Below the pieces are notes generated by a model that was not told the DNA's origin, ran no database searches, and saw nothing but the letters and a program-made list of their open reading frames with translations. The position numbers were made by a program, and so were the translations under genes. Shown in pieces: positions 55,726-64,000 of a DNA stretch of 64,000 nucleotides (positions are counted from its first letter, which is position 1; every line of letters starts with the position of its first letter). The DNA is from an uncultured Candidatus Poseidoniales archaeon (lineage in GTDB: Archaea > Thermoplasmatota > Poseidoniia > Poseidoniales > Poseidoniaceae): positions 10,942-74,941 of the forward strand of contig CAJIYT010000013.1 in NCBI GenBank assembly GCA_905181715.1, in the 5' to 3' direction.

Positions 55726-56388
55726 TCAAGCATTTCCTGCAGCTTCGACCTCTGCCCAATCTTTGAGGAAGCCATCAAGGCCTCTGTCGGTCAATGGATG
55801 AGTCATCAATTGACGGAAAATCTTGGCTGGCATTGTAACAGTGTGTGCTCCTAATTGCATGCAACTGAGGACATGGGTTGGGTGACGAATAGATGCTGCA
55901 AGAACCTTTGTCGTTATCTCAGGATAACATGCCCATGTTTGCATAATCTCAGCGATCAACTGCATTCCATCAGCACCTGTATCATCGATTCTGCCAATAA
56001 ATGGCGAAACATAAGTTGCACCAGCTTTTGCAGCCATCAATGCTTGACTAGCCGAGAATACCAGAGTAACATTTGTATCGATACCTTTGGAGGTTAGGAA
56101 TTTGGTGGCTGCTAATCCTTCAGGGGTACATGGGACCTTGATGATGACGTTGCCAGGTAAGTCATCTTTCAGTGCTAATCCCTGTGAGATCATTCCTTCT
56201 GTATCCATGGCGGTTACTTCTGCGGAGATCGGACCAGGGCATATAGCGGCGATTTCACTGACTACGGTCTTGAAATCGCGACCACTTTTCTTGATTAGCG
56301 AGGGGTTTGTTGTAACTCCGTCGAGTATTCCCCAGGCGGCAATCTCGCGTATTTCATCAACATCTGCGGTATCAAGGAAGAACTCCAT
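55726..56388 (-). CDS. tal: transaldolase / fructose-6-phosphate aldolase (short TalC/FSA family)
   Basis: [24 protein letters not shown] and active-site IKVPCT. ATG 56388 was chosen; the track ORF begins at TTG 56418. Confidence 0.85.
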   Translation of the reverse strand: MEFFLDTADVDEIREIAAWGILDGVTTNPSLIKKSGRDFKTVVSEIAAICPGPISAEVTAMDTEGMISQGLALKDDLPGNVIIKVPCTPEGLAATKFLTSKGIDTNVTLVFSASQALMAAKAGATYVSPFIGRIDDTGADGMQLIAEIMQTWACYPEITTKVLAASIRHPTHVLSCMQLGAHTVTMPAKIFRQLMTHPLTDRGLDGFLKDWAEVEAAGNA

Positions 56389-56414
56389 GTTCCACTGCCT
56401 GAGCCCGGAGGTCT

Positions 56415-57353
56415 TCAAGCCTTTCTTGCCACAGCCCGTTTTGCAGCCTCTGAAATATGAGGGCTACTCAAGTGCAATAAGTCGAGCATTTGTTGTGCTT
56501 CACCCGATTCTCCGAAGCGATCTTTAACTCCTATTCTCTCAATTGGCACTGGGTTGTTAGAAGAGGTGTATTCCGCTACTGCACTTCCCAAACCGCCGAT
56601 AATCGAATGATCTTCGGCTGTAACAATCGAACCACACTTTGCCACATATCGGTCTATCAGGTCATTATCTAGAGGCTTTAGAGTATGCATATCAATCACT
56701 GCAGCTGAGACACCTTGGCTAGCAAGGTCTTCTGCAGCTTTCATTGCTTCATGAACTAGAACGCCGCAGGCGATAATCGCAACATCAGATCCATCCTTGA
56801 GTACAATACCCTTACCTATTTTGATTTCATCTTCGCGCCCACTGTGAACAACAGGTGTTTTATTACGGGCTGTTCTTGTGTATGAGGGTGAATTCAACTC
56901 GACCAATTGCTTGGTCAATTCCCGCGTCGATACGGTGTCACAGGGATGCATTACCACCATGTTGGGTAAGGTTCGATATATTGCCAAATCCTCTATGGAT
57001 TGGGCACTTGAACCATCGGTCCCAGTATGGGTCCCACCGTGGCTACCACAAATGTGAACGGCAAGATTTGGTCTTGCAATACCATTTCTTACCTGCTCAA
57101 AGCCACGTTCGGTAAATATTGCAAAAGTACTGGCGAAGGGAATGTAACCACTCGATGCCAAACCTGCTCCTATTAGCATCATATTCTGCTCACCTATACC
57201 ACAGGACACCGTGCGTTCTGGGTATGCTTTACGGAAATGTAGGGATTTGGTTGATTTGCCCAAATCCGCTTCAAGTACTACCACTCGGTTATCTGCTGCG
57301 ATGTCGAGAAGAGCATCGCCATAGCCATCTCTAGTAGCACCCATTTCGGTCAT
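56415..57353 (-). CDS. transketolase, C-terminal (pyrimidine-binding) subunit
   Basis: [27 protein letters not shown] and [21 protein letters not shown] motifs. Its start overlaps the N-terminal subunit's stop by 4 nt. Confidence 0.9.
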   Translation of the reverse strand: MTEMGATRDGYGDALLDIAADNRVVVLEADLGKSTKSLHFRKAYPERTVSCGIGEQNMMLIGAGLASSGYIPFASTFAIFTERGFEQVRNGIARPNLAVHICGSHGGTHTGTDGSSAQSIEDLAIYRTLPNMVVMHPCDTVSTRELTKQLVELNSPSYTRTARNKTPVVHSGREDEIKIGKGIVLKDGSDVAIIACGVLVHEAMKAAEDLASQGVSAAVIDMHTLKPLDNDLIDRYVAKCGSIVTAEDHSIIGGLGSAVAEYTSSNNPVPIERIGVKDRFGESGEAQQMLDLLHLSSPHISEAAKRAVARKA

Positions 57354-58177
57354 ACGCTCACCCCTAGTTCGGTCATTGCCAATTGCAATTGTTCATCGTT
57401 TGGCGGTGCGCCATGGAATGCTGGGTTGTTTTCCATGAAGGAGACCCCTTTGCCTTTGACAGTATTTGCGATAATAATCGCTGGTCTGTCAGTGATTGTA
57501 TCGAGCCAAGCAATCGCTTCTACTATCTCATGCATATTATGACCGTCAATTTCCTTGACAGCCCATCCAAAGCCGTGCCACTTAGCAGGGATGTCGAACA
57601 TTCGCATTTGCACTTCACAGAAGTCGTCATTCTGGATATTATTGCGATCTAGAAATACCTTGAGATTACCTAATTCATGATGCCTAGCAGCCATAGCTGC
57701 TTCCCAAATAGCACCTTCTTGGATTTCACCATCGCCTATCATGACGTAAGTTGTTCTTGAAGACCCATCCATTCGAGCAGCCAATGCGCAACCCATACCG
57801 TAAGAGAGTCCCATTCCGAGACTACCTGCGCTAAAATCAACACCTGGTGTCCATTTCATGTCGACATGCCCTTGACAGACACCACCGAGAACACGATATG
57901 ATTCGAGATCCTCATGGCTGATGAAACCCATTTCAGCAAGCAATGCATACATGCCGGGTGAAGCATGTCCTTTAGAAAGAATAAATCGATCACGATCAGC
58001 CCATTTCGGATTTGAAGCATCGACTCTAAGTCGTGAACCGTAGAGACCACAGAGAATATCTATCTCCGATAAAGATCCTCCTGGATGACCAGCCTTTGCC
58101 CGATGTGTCATCCGGCATATTTCGACGCGGCACCGACGTGCCATATCCTCTAATTCTTCGATAGCCATGCTCTGCAT
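57350..58177 (-). CDS. transketolase, N-terminal (TPP-binding) subunit
   Basis: AKAGHPGGSLS, DRFILSKGHASPGMYA and MIGDGEIQEGAIWEA (the GDG-x-N TPP motif region). Confidence 0.9.
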   Translation of the reverse strand: MQSMAIEELEDMARRCRVEICRMTHRAKAGHPGGSLSEIDILCGLYGSRLRVDASNPKWADRDRFILSKGHASPGMYALLAEMGFISHEDLESYRVLGGVCQGHVDMKWTPGVDFSAGSLGMGLSYGMGCALAARMDGSSRTTYVMIGDGEIQEGAIWEAAMAARHHELGNLKVFLDRNNIQNDDFCEVQMRMFDIPAKWHGFGWAVKEIDGHNMHEIVEAIAWLDTITDRPAIIIANTVKGKGVSFMENNPAFHGAPPNDEQLQLAMTELGVSV

Positions 58178-58230
58178 TTTTCGACCTCGACCGGAGGTGA
58201 TTGACTATGGCCTTTGATGCTTGTGCTAGT

Positions 58231-60396
58231 TCACTTTCTACTTGGAGGCTGTAAAGATTTGATCAAGTCTTTACCTGCTTTGGCTATTATGACGGTTGTA
58301 TCTGTGATTAGATGGCTACCTTTAGGCATTGCTTGCGCCGCTAATGTGATGAAAACTGCTACGAACCAGCCGTAGAATAATAATGAGAGTGAGTCTCCAA
58401 GTGTACCGATTCCGAGGGCCTTAGCAGGGTCGATATCTGCGACGATGAAAATTGCCAATAACACACCCATCAGCGATTCTCCGGCGATGAAACCAGCGCC
58501 TATCAGTACTCCACGGTCCTGAACTTCAGCCACTGCCTTTTTCGCTTCAGAACTAGCCTCTCCTTCGAGAGTGCCATCAACACGTAATATGGCGCCATTT
58601 AGCAGTATGTGGGAAATAACTCCACCTAGCATTATTGGAACAGAAAGTGCAAGTGGCAAGTAAATACCAATCGCTACCGACATTACTGGCATTTTTAGCC
58701 TGATTAGTATTACTGCGATGACAGCCCCGAGAATAACCATTTGAAGATTTAGATCACCACCAAATGCACCTTGAACAATTGCACCAATCAATTCTGCTTG
58801 TGGGGCTAATAGGGCGTCATCACAATTGTAAAGGCTATTATTTGGCGAACCTTCAATACTTGTAAATCTGCCTGAATCACCACCCTCTAGTATACGTTGA
58901 TTAGTGGCAAGACATGCAGTCTTAGTGATTTGGAAGGCATTGTGTAGCAAAGAAAGAACGGGTCCGATTACAATTGCACCAACCAGTACACCTATTATTT
59001 CAGCAATCTGTTGCCGGTAAGGTGTAGCACCTACCATGTGTCCGGTTTTTAGGTCCTGCATCACATCTCCAGCAATAGCAGCAGAGGTAGCGACGATTGC
59101 GGCAATGAACATAGTCGCAATCATCAAATCACGCGTTTGCATCCCCAGCATCAAGTCTCCAACTATCCAAACAAGTCCAATTGTGAATAGTAGTGTGGCG
59201 ATAGTCATTCCAGATACTGGAGAATTTGATGAACCTACGACCCCAGCAATATATCCTGCAACTGCGGCGAAGAAGAATGATACTACAGCAAGAAAAAGCG
59301 CTCCTGCTAATGCCAATAAAAGGCTACCAGTCGCATACCAATAAAACAGAAAGGTCAATACTACTAAAACTCCAGAAAACATCATAACTTTGTCTAGAGG
59401 GAGATCTTTCTCTGTTCTCAACAACTCAGAATTATCCGAGCGAGATGTGTTCAGTGCTTTGGAAAGTCCAACGAAAATTGTATCTTTCATCGTCCAAAGT
59501 GTGTAGATTCCACCAACAACCATTGCACCAACGCCAACATAGCGTATCTGACTCGACCAAACGAGGTAGAAGTCATCAACTATGTCGCCACTTCCAGGCC
59601 AACCATTGATCAAACCGTAGAGCGGCACTAGGATTCCGAACCCCAGAACTCCACCGAGGAAAATGAATGAGGCAATTCGAAGACCAACTATGAACCCTAC
59701 CGAAAGTAGTGCTAGTGAGAGTTCAGCCCCACCATATAATCTTGTACCGAGGAAGTGAATTCCGCCCTCGACATGCTGGTGAGTTACTCTGAATCCCTTG
59801 ACAAACCATCCGTATATTGCACCTATTCCAAGTGCATACATGATTGCTATCAATCCGGTGCCGCCTTTTTCACCTGCTACCAACACCTCTCGACATGCTA
59901 CTCCTTCTGGATATGGCAATGCTTCTTCAACAATGAATAGTCGACGTAAGGCAATTGTAAACATGGTACCTAATAGTCCACCCAATACTGCAATAATCAA
60001 AGTTTCAAGCCACATTATTTCGGTCCAGATTCCCAAAACCAATAGTGCTGGGACAGTAAATATGATTCCAGCGGCTAAACTTTCACCAGCGCTAGCCATC
60101 GTTTGGACCGAATTGTTTTCTAAAATCGTTACATCTTTGAATTTGAAACCACGTAGAATCAGCATCGACATGACAGCTGCAGGTATTGATGCAGAGACAG
60201 TCATTCCGACATAAAGGCCCAAGTATGCATTTGCTGCGGTCATTACCGCGCCCAAAAGAACCCCAATAACAACCACGCGAACGGTTAATTCAGCGACATC
60301 TTCCTCAGGCAGGACCCACGGAGAGTCATCATCGCCCATGAGGCTGGGAGAGCCGTTGGGCTTGTCAATCAATCGGAGATAATCGCGGAAGTCCAA
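58231..60396 (-). CDS. OPT-family oligopeptide transporter
   Basis: 721 aa, about 16 TM. OPT-type segments LGLYVGMTVSASIPAAV, SNSPVSGMTIATLL and GDVMQDLKTGHMVGATPYRQQ. Confidence 0.85.
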   Translation of the reverse strand: MDFRDYLRLIDKPNGSPSLMGDDDSPWVLPEEDVAELTVRVVVIGVLLGAVMTAANAYLGLYVGMTVSASIPAAVMSMLILRGFKFKDVTILENNSVQTMASAGESLAAGIIFTVPALLVLGIWTEIMWLETLIIAVLGGLLGTMFTIALRRLFIVEEALPYPEGVACREVLVAGEKGGTGLIAIMYALGIGAIYGWFVKGFRVTHQHVEGGIHFLGTRLYGGAELSLALLSVGFIVGLRIASFIFLGGVLGFGILVPLYGLINGWPGSGDIVDDFYLVWSSQIRYVGVGAMVVGGIYTLWTMKDTIFVGLSKALNTSRSDNSELLRTEKDLPLDKVMMFSGVLVVLTFLFYWYATGSLLLALAGALFLAVVSFFFAAVAGYIAGVVGSSNSPVSGMTIATLLFTIGLVWIVGDLMLGMQTRDLMIATMFIAAIVATSAAIAGDVMQDLKTGHMVGATPYRQQIAEIIGVLVGAIVIGPVLSLLHNAFQITKTACLATNQRILEGGDSGRFTSIEGSPNNSLYNCDDALLAPQAELIGAIVQGAFGGDLNLQMVILGAVIAVILIRLKMPVMSVAIGIYLPLALSVPIMLGGVISHILLNGAILRVDGTLEGEASSEAKKAVAEVQDRGVLIGAGFIAGESLMGVLLAIFIVADIDPAKALGIGTLGDSLSLLFYGWFVAVFITLAAQAMPKGSHLITDTTVIIAKAGKDLIKSLQPPSRK

Positions 60397-60461
60397 CCTT
60401 GATAATAATATACAACATCATGTGCGCAGTTCAGAGTGTGAAAACACTTTAGGTGATTGGG

Positions 60462-63356
60462 ATGACTGAAGAAAAGTGGCACCAGATGACTTCTGAAAAG
60501 GTTATGTCACACTATGATTTAACTCGAGACGGTCTTTCTAGTGATGCAGTAAAGCAATCTTTCGAGAAGTATGGCTATAATCGCCTTGATGAGAATAAGA
60601 GAGTTCCCGCCTTCATACGCTTTTTATCACAATATAATGACCCATTAAATTATTTGTTACTAGGTGCAGCACTTTTGGCATTAGTAATTCATCCCAATGA
60701 ACCAGGAGATGCAATCTTCATATTTATCGTGCTAACCGCAAATGCCTTTTTCGGTTTTTGGCAAGAAAACCAGGCAGAACAAGCCATGGATGCATTAAAG
60801 AAAATGTCCGTTTCACATTGCGTAGTAATTAGAGCTGGTATCGAAATTGAAACCTCGACAGAAGAATTGGTACCTGGTGATTTGGTCAGACTTGAGCAAG
60901 GGCTTAACGTTCCAGCAGATCTTCGTATAATCGAATCACTCCAGTGTAAGATCGACGAATCTGCACTTACCGGTGAATCAGACACCGTATCCAAGCATGG
61001 AGATGTTCTTGTCGGCGAGACAATACTTGCTGAGCGGAAAAATATGGCTTATATGGGTACTGTGATCTCATCCGGTCGTGCACTAGGAATAGTGTGTGAT
61101 ACGGGAATGTCTACTGAATTGGGCAAAATCGCTAGCGATATCGCCTCGGCAGAAACTCCGAAAACCCCACTTGAACTAAAATTAGAAAGCCTCGGGAAAT
61201 TCCTTGGTTTCATCGCTTTGGTTGTAGCAGTATTACTGGTTTCGATTAAGCTCCTCCTTTCCTATAATGTACCTGGTGTGGATATGGTCGATGTAGCAAT
61301 CGACCAATTTATCATCGCTATTGCAATATTCGTGGCTATAGTTCCAGAAGGATTACCGATTATTCTAGTTACTACTCTCGCTATTGGAATGCGTAATATG
61401 GCGCGCCATAAGGCGATTATTAGGCGGATGAAAGCGGTAGAAACACTTGGTTCAACCACAGTTATCTGCACTGATAAAACCGGCACTCTGACCAAGAATC
61501 AAATGACAGTACGCGAATTTGCGCTAGTTAGTGCGAAATATGGAGTTTCAGGCGAGGGTTTCACTCCACTTGGAGAGTTGACAATAGATGACGATGTGTT
61601 AAGTGATTCTCAAATGAGTAAGGTGCAAAGCAATCTCGATTTCCGCTTGGCTGCTGCGTGTCTGAGTCTCTGCCACAATAGTCAAATCGTTCATTCGGAA
61701 GATGAATGGATTACCACTGGTGACCCAACCGACCTTGCTTGCGCTGTTCTTGGTTGGAAGTTGAATGGTAATATTCAGAAATTCGCTCAACGCCATTCAC
61801 GCTTACATGAATTCTTCTTTGATTCAGAACGCAAACGTATGTCTGTAGTTCATGAATACGAGGGTAAGAAGTGGATCTTTTCCAAAGGTAGTGCCAAGGG
61901 ATACAAGAATCTAGTAAGTTCAAAGATTATCGACGGTGAAATAGTTCCAGTAACCGATGACGACCTTCAATATCTTCTAGGGGTTAACAATCGAATGGCT
62001 AGTGAGGCTATGAGGGTAATAGCTCTCTTCGCTCGTCCTGTTTCGGATGAAGAGGATATTACTGATCTCGAATCCATGGAATCCAATTTGATAGTTCTTG
62101 GATTAGTGGGTATAATCGACCCACCCCGACCTGAGGTATTCGATGCAATCGCTCTCTGTCAAAATGCTGGTATTAGGGTGAAAATGATCACAGGCGATCA
62201 ACAACTTACAGCACAAGCCATCGGATTGGAACTCAATATCACAGATGGAAGCGTGGATCCTTTATCTTGTAAGGAAATAGAGGATATGACTGATGATGAA
62301 TTAGCAGATGCAACTCGAACCGCTAGTATATTCAGTCGCGTAACTCCTGAACAAAAGATGCGTATAGTGTCCTGTTTACAAGATGATGGTGAAGTAGTTG
62401 CTATGACTGGTGATGGAGTAAATGATGCTCCAGCATTATCTCGCGCCAATATCGGAATCGCCATGGGAATCTCAGGTACTGATGTGGCAAAGGATGCGGC
62501 CGACATGGTCCTCCAAGACGATAATTTTGCAAACATTGTACACGCAGTAGAAGAAGGTCGCAAAATATATACAAATATTCGTAATTTCGTCAGATATCAG
62601 GTTTCGACAAATGTTGCGGCTGTAGCATTGATAATATTCTCTACCTTTATCTTCGGTTGGAATCTACCCCTCACTGCAACTCAAATTCTGGTCATCAATA
62701 TTTTGATGGATGGCCCCCCTGCAGTCGCTCTTGGTGTTGAAAAGAGACATTCTAGAGTCATGGACAGACCACCGCGCCCTATATCCGAAGGCCTACCTAA
62801 TTTCAAGGATTTAGTCTTGATCTTCTACTTGGGAACCATTATGGTAGTTGGGACTCTATTGGTGTATTATCTGGCAGGCGGCGGCTTACCAGATACTCCC
62901 TGCACGGGAGTAATGCCTGTAAACGGGGCATCTGGTGATCAATTTATGTCAGGTGGAGTATGTGATGAAGCAGCATGGGGAGATTGGCAACAAGGCCATC
63001 TACAGCACGCAATGACAATGGCATTTGGTGTATTCATAGTATTCCAATTATTCAATGTCATTAACTGTAGATCTAACGAAGATAGTATATTCAAGATAGG
63101 ATTGTTCTCCAATCGATTCATATATGTTGCAATCTCTATTTCTTTGACACTATTATTGATAGCAGTACAAGGTGCAAATTATATTGTTCCTTTCACCAAT
63201 TTCGCAATTGGGGAATTACTTTCAACAACCATACTATCCAAAGAAGATTGGTTGATAATTTTCAGCGTTTCCAGTTCGGTATTCTTGATTGAAGAATTCC
63301 GCAAATTATTGGTTTACTCTAAATTCTTTAAAGTAGCTGACAATAGTAGGCGATGA
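60462..63356 (+). CDS. P-type ATPase, P2 (Ca2+/cation-transporting) type
   Basis: TGES, PEGLP in TM4, ICTDKTGTLT, KGS, DPPR, MITGD and TGDGVNDAPAL. ATG 60462 is preceded by an AGGTGA SD; the track ORF begins at GTG 60453. Confidence 0.9.
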   Translation: MTEEKWHQMTSEKVMSHYDLTRDGLSSDAVKQSFEKYGYNRLDENKRVPAFIRFLSQYNDPLNYLLLGAALLALVIHPNEPGDAIFIFIVLTANAFFGFWQENQAEQAMDALKKMSVSHCVVIRAGIEIETSTEELVPGDLVRLEQGLNVPADLRIIESLQCKIDESALTGESDTVSKHGDVLVGETILAERKNMAYMGTVISSGRALGIVCDTGMSTELGKIASDIASAETPKTPLELKLESLGKFLGFIALVVAVLLVSIKLLLSYNVPGVDMVDVAIDQFIIAIAIFVAIVPEGLPIILVTTLAIGMRNMARHKAIIRRMKAVETLGSTTVICTDKTGTLTKNQMTVREFALVSAKYGVSGEGFTPLGELTIDDDVLSDSQMSKVQSNLDFRLAAACLSLCHNSQIVHSEDEWITTGDPTDLACAVLGWKLNGNIQKFAQRHSRLHEFFFDSERKRMSVVHEYEGKKWIFSKGSAKGYKNLVSSKIIDGEIVPVTDDDLQYLLGVNNRMASEAMRVIALFARPVSDEEDITDLESMESNLIVLGLVGIIDPPRPEVFDAIALCQNAGIRVKMITGDQQLTAQAIGLELNITDGSVDPLSCKEIEDMTDDELADATRTASIFSRVTPEQKMRIVSCLQDDGEVVAMTGDGVNDAPALSRANIGIAMGISGTDVAKDAADMVLQDDNFANIVHAVEEGRKIYTNIRNFVRYQVSTNVAAVALIIFSTFIFGWNLPLTATQILVINILMDGPPAVALGVEKRHSRVMDRPPRPISEGLPNFKDLVLIFYLGTIMVVGTLLVYYLAGGGLPDTPCTGVMPVNGASGDQFMSGGVCDEAAWGDWQQGHLQHAMTMAFGVFIVFQLFNVINCRSNEDSIFKIGLFSNRFIYVAISISLTLLLIAVQGANYIVPFTNFAIGELLSTTILSKEDWLIIFSVSSSVFLIEEFRKLLVYSKFFKVADNSRR

Positions 63357-63389
63357 TAGATTCATCAAGTGTGACAATTGCGCTGGTAT

Positions 63390-64000
63390 ATGGACAAGGA
63401 ATGGTCATCTGACGTTGTCCTTGCTGGAAGTACTAGCGATTGGTGTAAACGATTACCAAAAGCCGAAACTAATTGGCCTGCGGGGGTAATTGCAGCATGG
63501 AAAACTCTCTCTGGCGGTAGTAGCCTATCTCTTGAGCAAGGTCTAGAACTCTATGCTGAACCCGACTTGGCTTCTGTTGGGGAATTGGCAGCGATGGTGA
63601 AGAGTTCTCGCTTTGGCACTCATGTCTTCTTCAATTCCAATGTTCATGTCAACCAAACGAATATTTGTGTTCTAGCCTGTAAATTCTGCGCCTTCCGTAG
63701 AGGGAGAAAAGCAAAGGATGCATATGCAATGGATATCGAAACATATCTTTCAGAAGTTGGAAAGTTCGCAGATCATGTCGATGAAGTACATTCAGTAGGC
63801 GGCCTTCACCCTGATTGGGGAATCGAACACTATGAAGAATTATTCAAAAGCGCAACTACGACCTTTCCTCATATCCATTTCAAAGCCCTTACAGCCGTGG
63901 AAATACAACACATATCACGTCTATCAAATATTTCAATCGAAACATGCTTGAAGCGCCTGAAAAAGGCTGGATTATCATCTCTCCCAGGTGGCGGTGCAGA
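63390..64000 (+). CDS. radical SAM enzyme of the MqnE/MqnC/CofH family (3' end outside window)
   Basis: Not in the ORF track because it is open at the window edge. My own translation from ATG 63390 gives ...HVFFNSNVHVNQTNICVLACKFCAFRRG..., i.e. a CxxxCxxC cluster, followed by VHSVGGLHPDW, HFKALTAVEI and LKKAGLSSLPGGGA. These are typical of futalosine-pathway/FO-synthase radical SAM enzymes. Confidence 0.7.
   Translation, partial: MDKEWSSDVVLAGSTSDWCKRLPKAETNWPAGVIAAWKTLSGGSSLSLEQGLELYAEPDLASVGELAAMVKSSRFGTHVFFNSNVHVNQTNICVLACKFCAFRRGRKAKDAYAMDIETYLSEVGKFADHVDEVHSVGGLHPDWGIEHYEELFKSATTTFPHIHFKALTAVEIQHISRLSNISIETCLKRLKKAGLSSLPGGGA

Noticed and set aside
1-64000. Scan for CRISPR arrays, tandem repeats, IS elements, integrases, tRNA/rRNA genes and toxin-antitoxin or defence cassettes
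   Set aside because: Visual inspection found none of these. Intergenic spacers are almost all under 100 nt and non-repetitive, and every long ORF is accounted for by housekeeping, transport or the hypothetical genes listed. A computational repeat and tRNA scan would still be needed to exclude short elements.

Overview
This window is a gene-dense archaeal chromosomal segment with about 58 protein genes. Intergenic gaps are very short and many neighbours overlap at start and stop codons (ATGA/TGATG type). I found no rRNA, tRNA, CRISPR array, transposase or integrase. All family calls rest on motif recognition by eye; no searches were run.

The archaeal assignment rests on EF-2/S7/S12, the proteasome-SBDS-exosome (Rrp4/41/42)-L37Ae-Pcc1-prefoldin superoperon, TiaS, TrmY, Dph6, the RFC large subunit, SRP54, archaeal-type GlyRS/ProRS and isopentenyl phosphate kinase. 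Two OPT peptide transporters, a giant adhesin-like surface protein, acidic protein tails and moderate GC suggest a marine planktonic Thermoplasmatota (MGII/MGIII-like) lineage. That placement is inference only.

Metabolic content:
- Isoprenoid genes are dispersed across the window: thiolase with a DUF35-like partner, IPK, an IDI1::GGPPS fusion, and a UbiD-family decarboxylase in an operon with a Nudix hydrolase.
- Other metabolic genes are a split transketolase plus transaldolase, CoaBC, PurB, TrkAH, a P-type ATPase and a partial futalosine-type radical SAM gene at the 3' edge.

There is no recognisable defence island. The best candidates for something undescribed, in order:
1. A MamK-clade actin homolog paired with an orphan protein that carries a zinc ribbon at each end (5315-7468).
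2. An exosortase/archaeosortase-like membrane protein that overlaps, convergently, a 1222-aa surface protein with C-type lectin, LamG, PPC-like and Ca-binding modules but no canonical sorting signal (32013-36643).
3. A UbiD / helical-repeat / Nudix operon (16794-19413).
4. A 1755-aa Lhr helicase with a duplicated AlkZ-like C-terminal extension (36705-41972).
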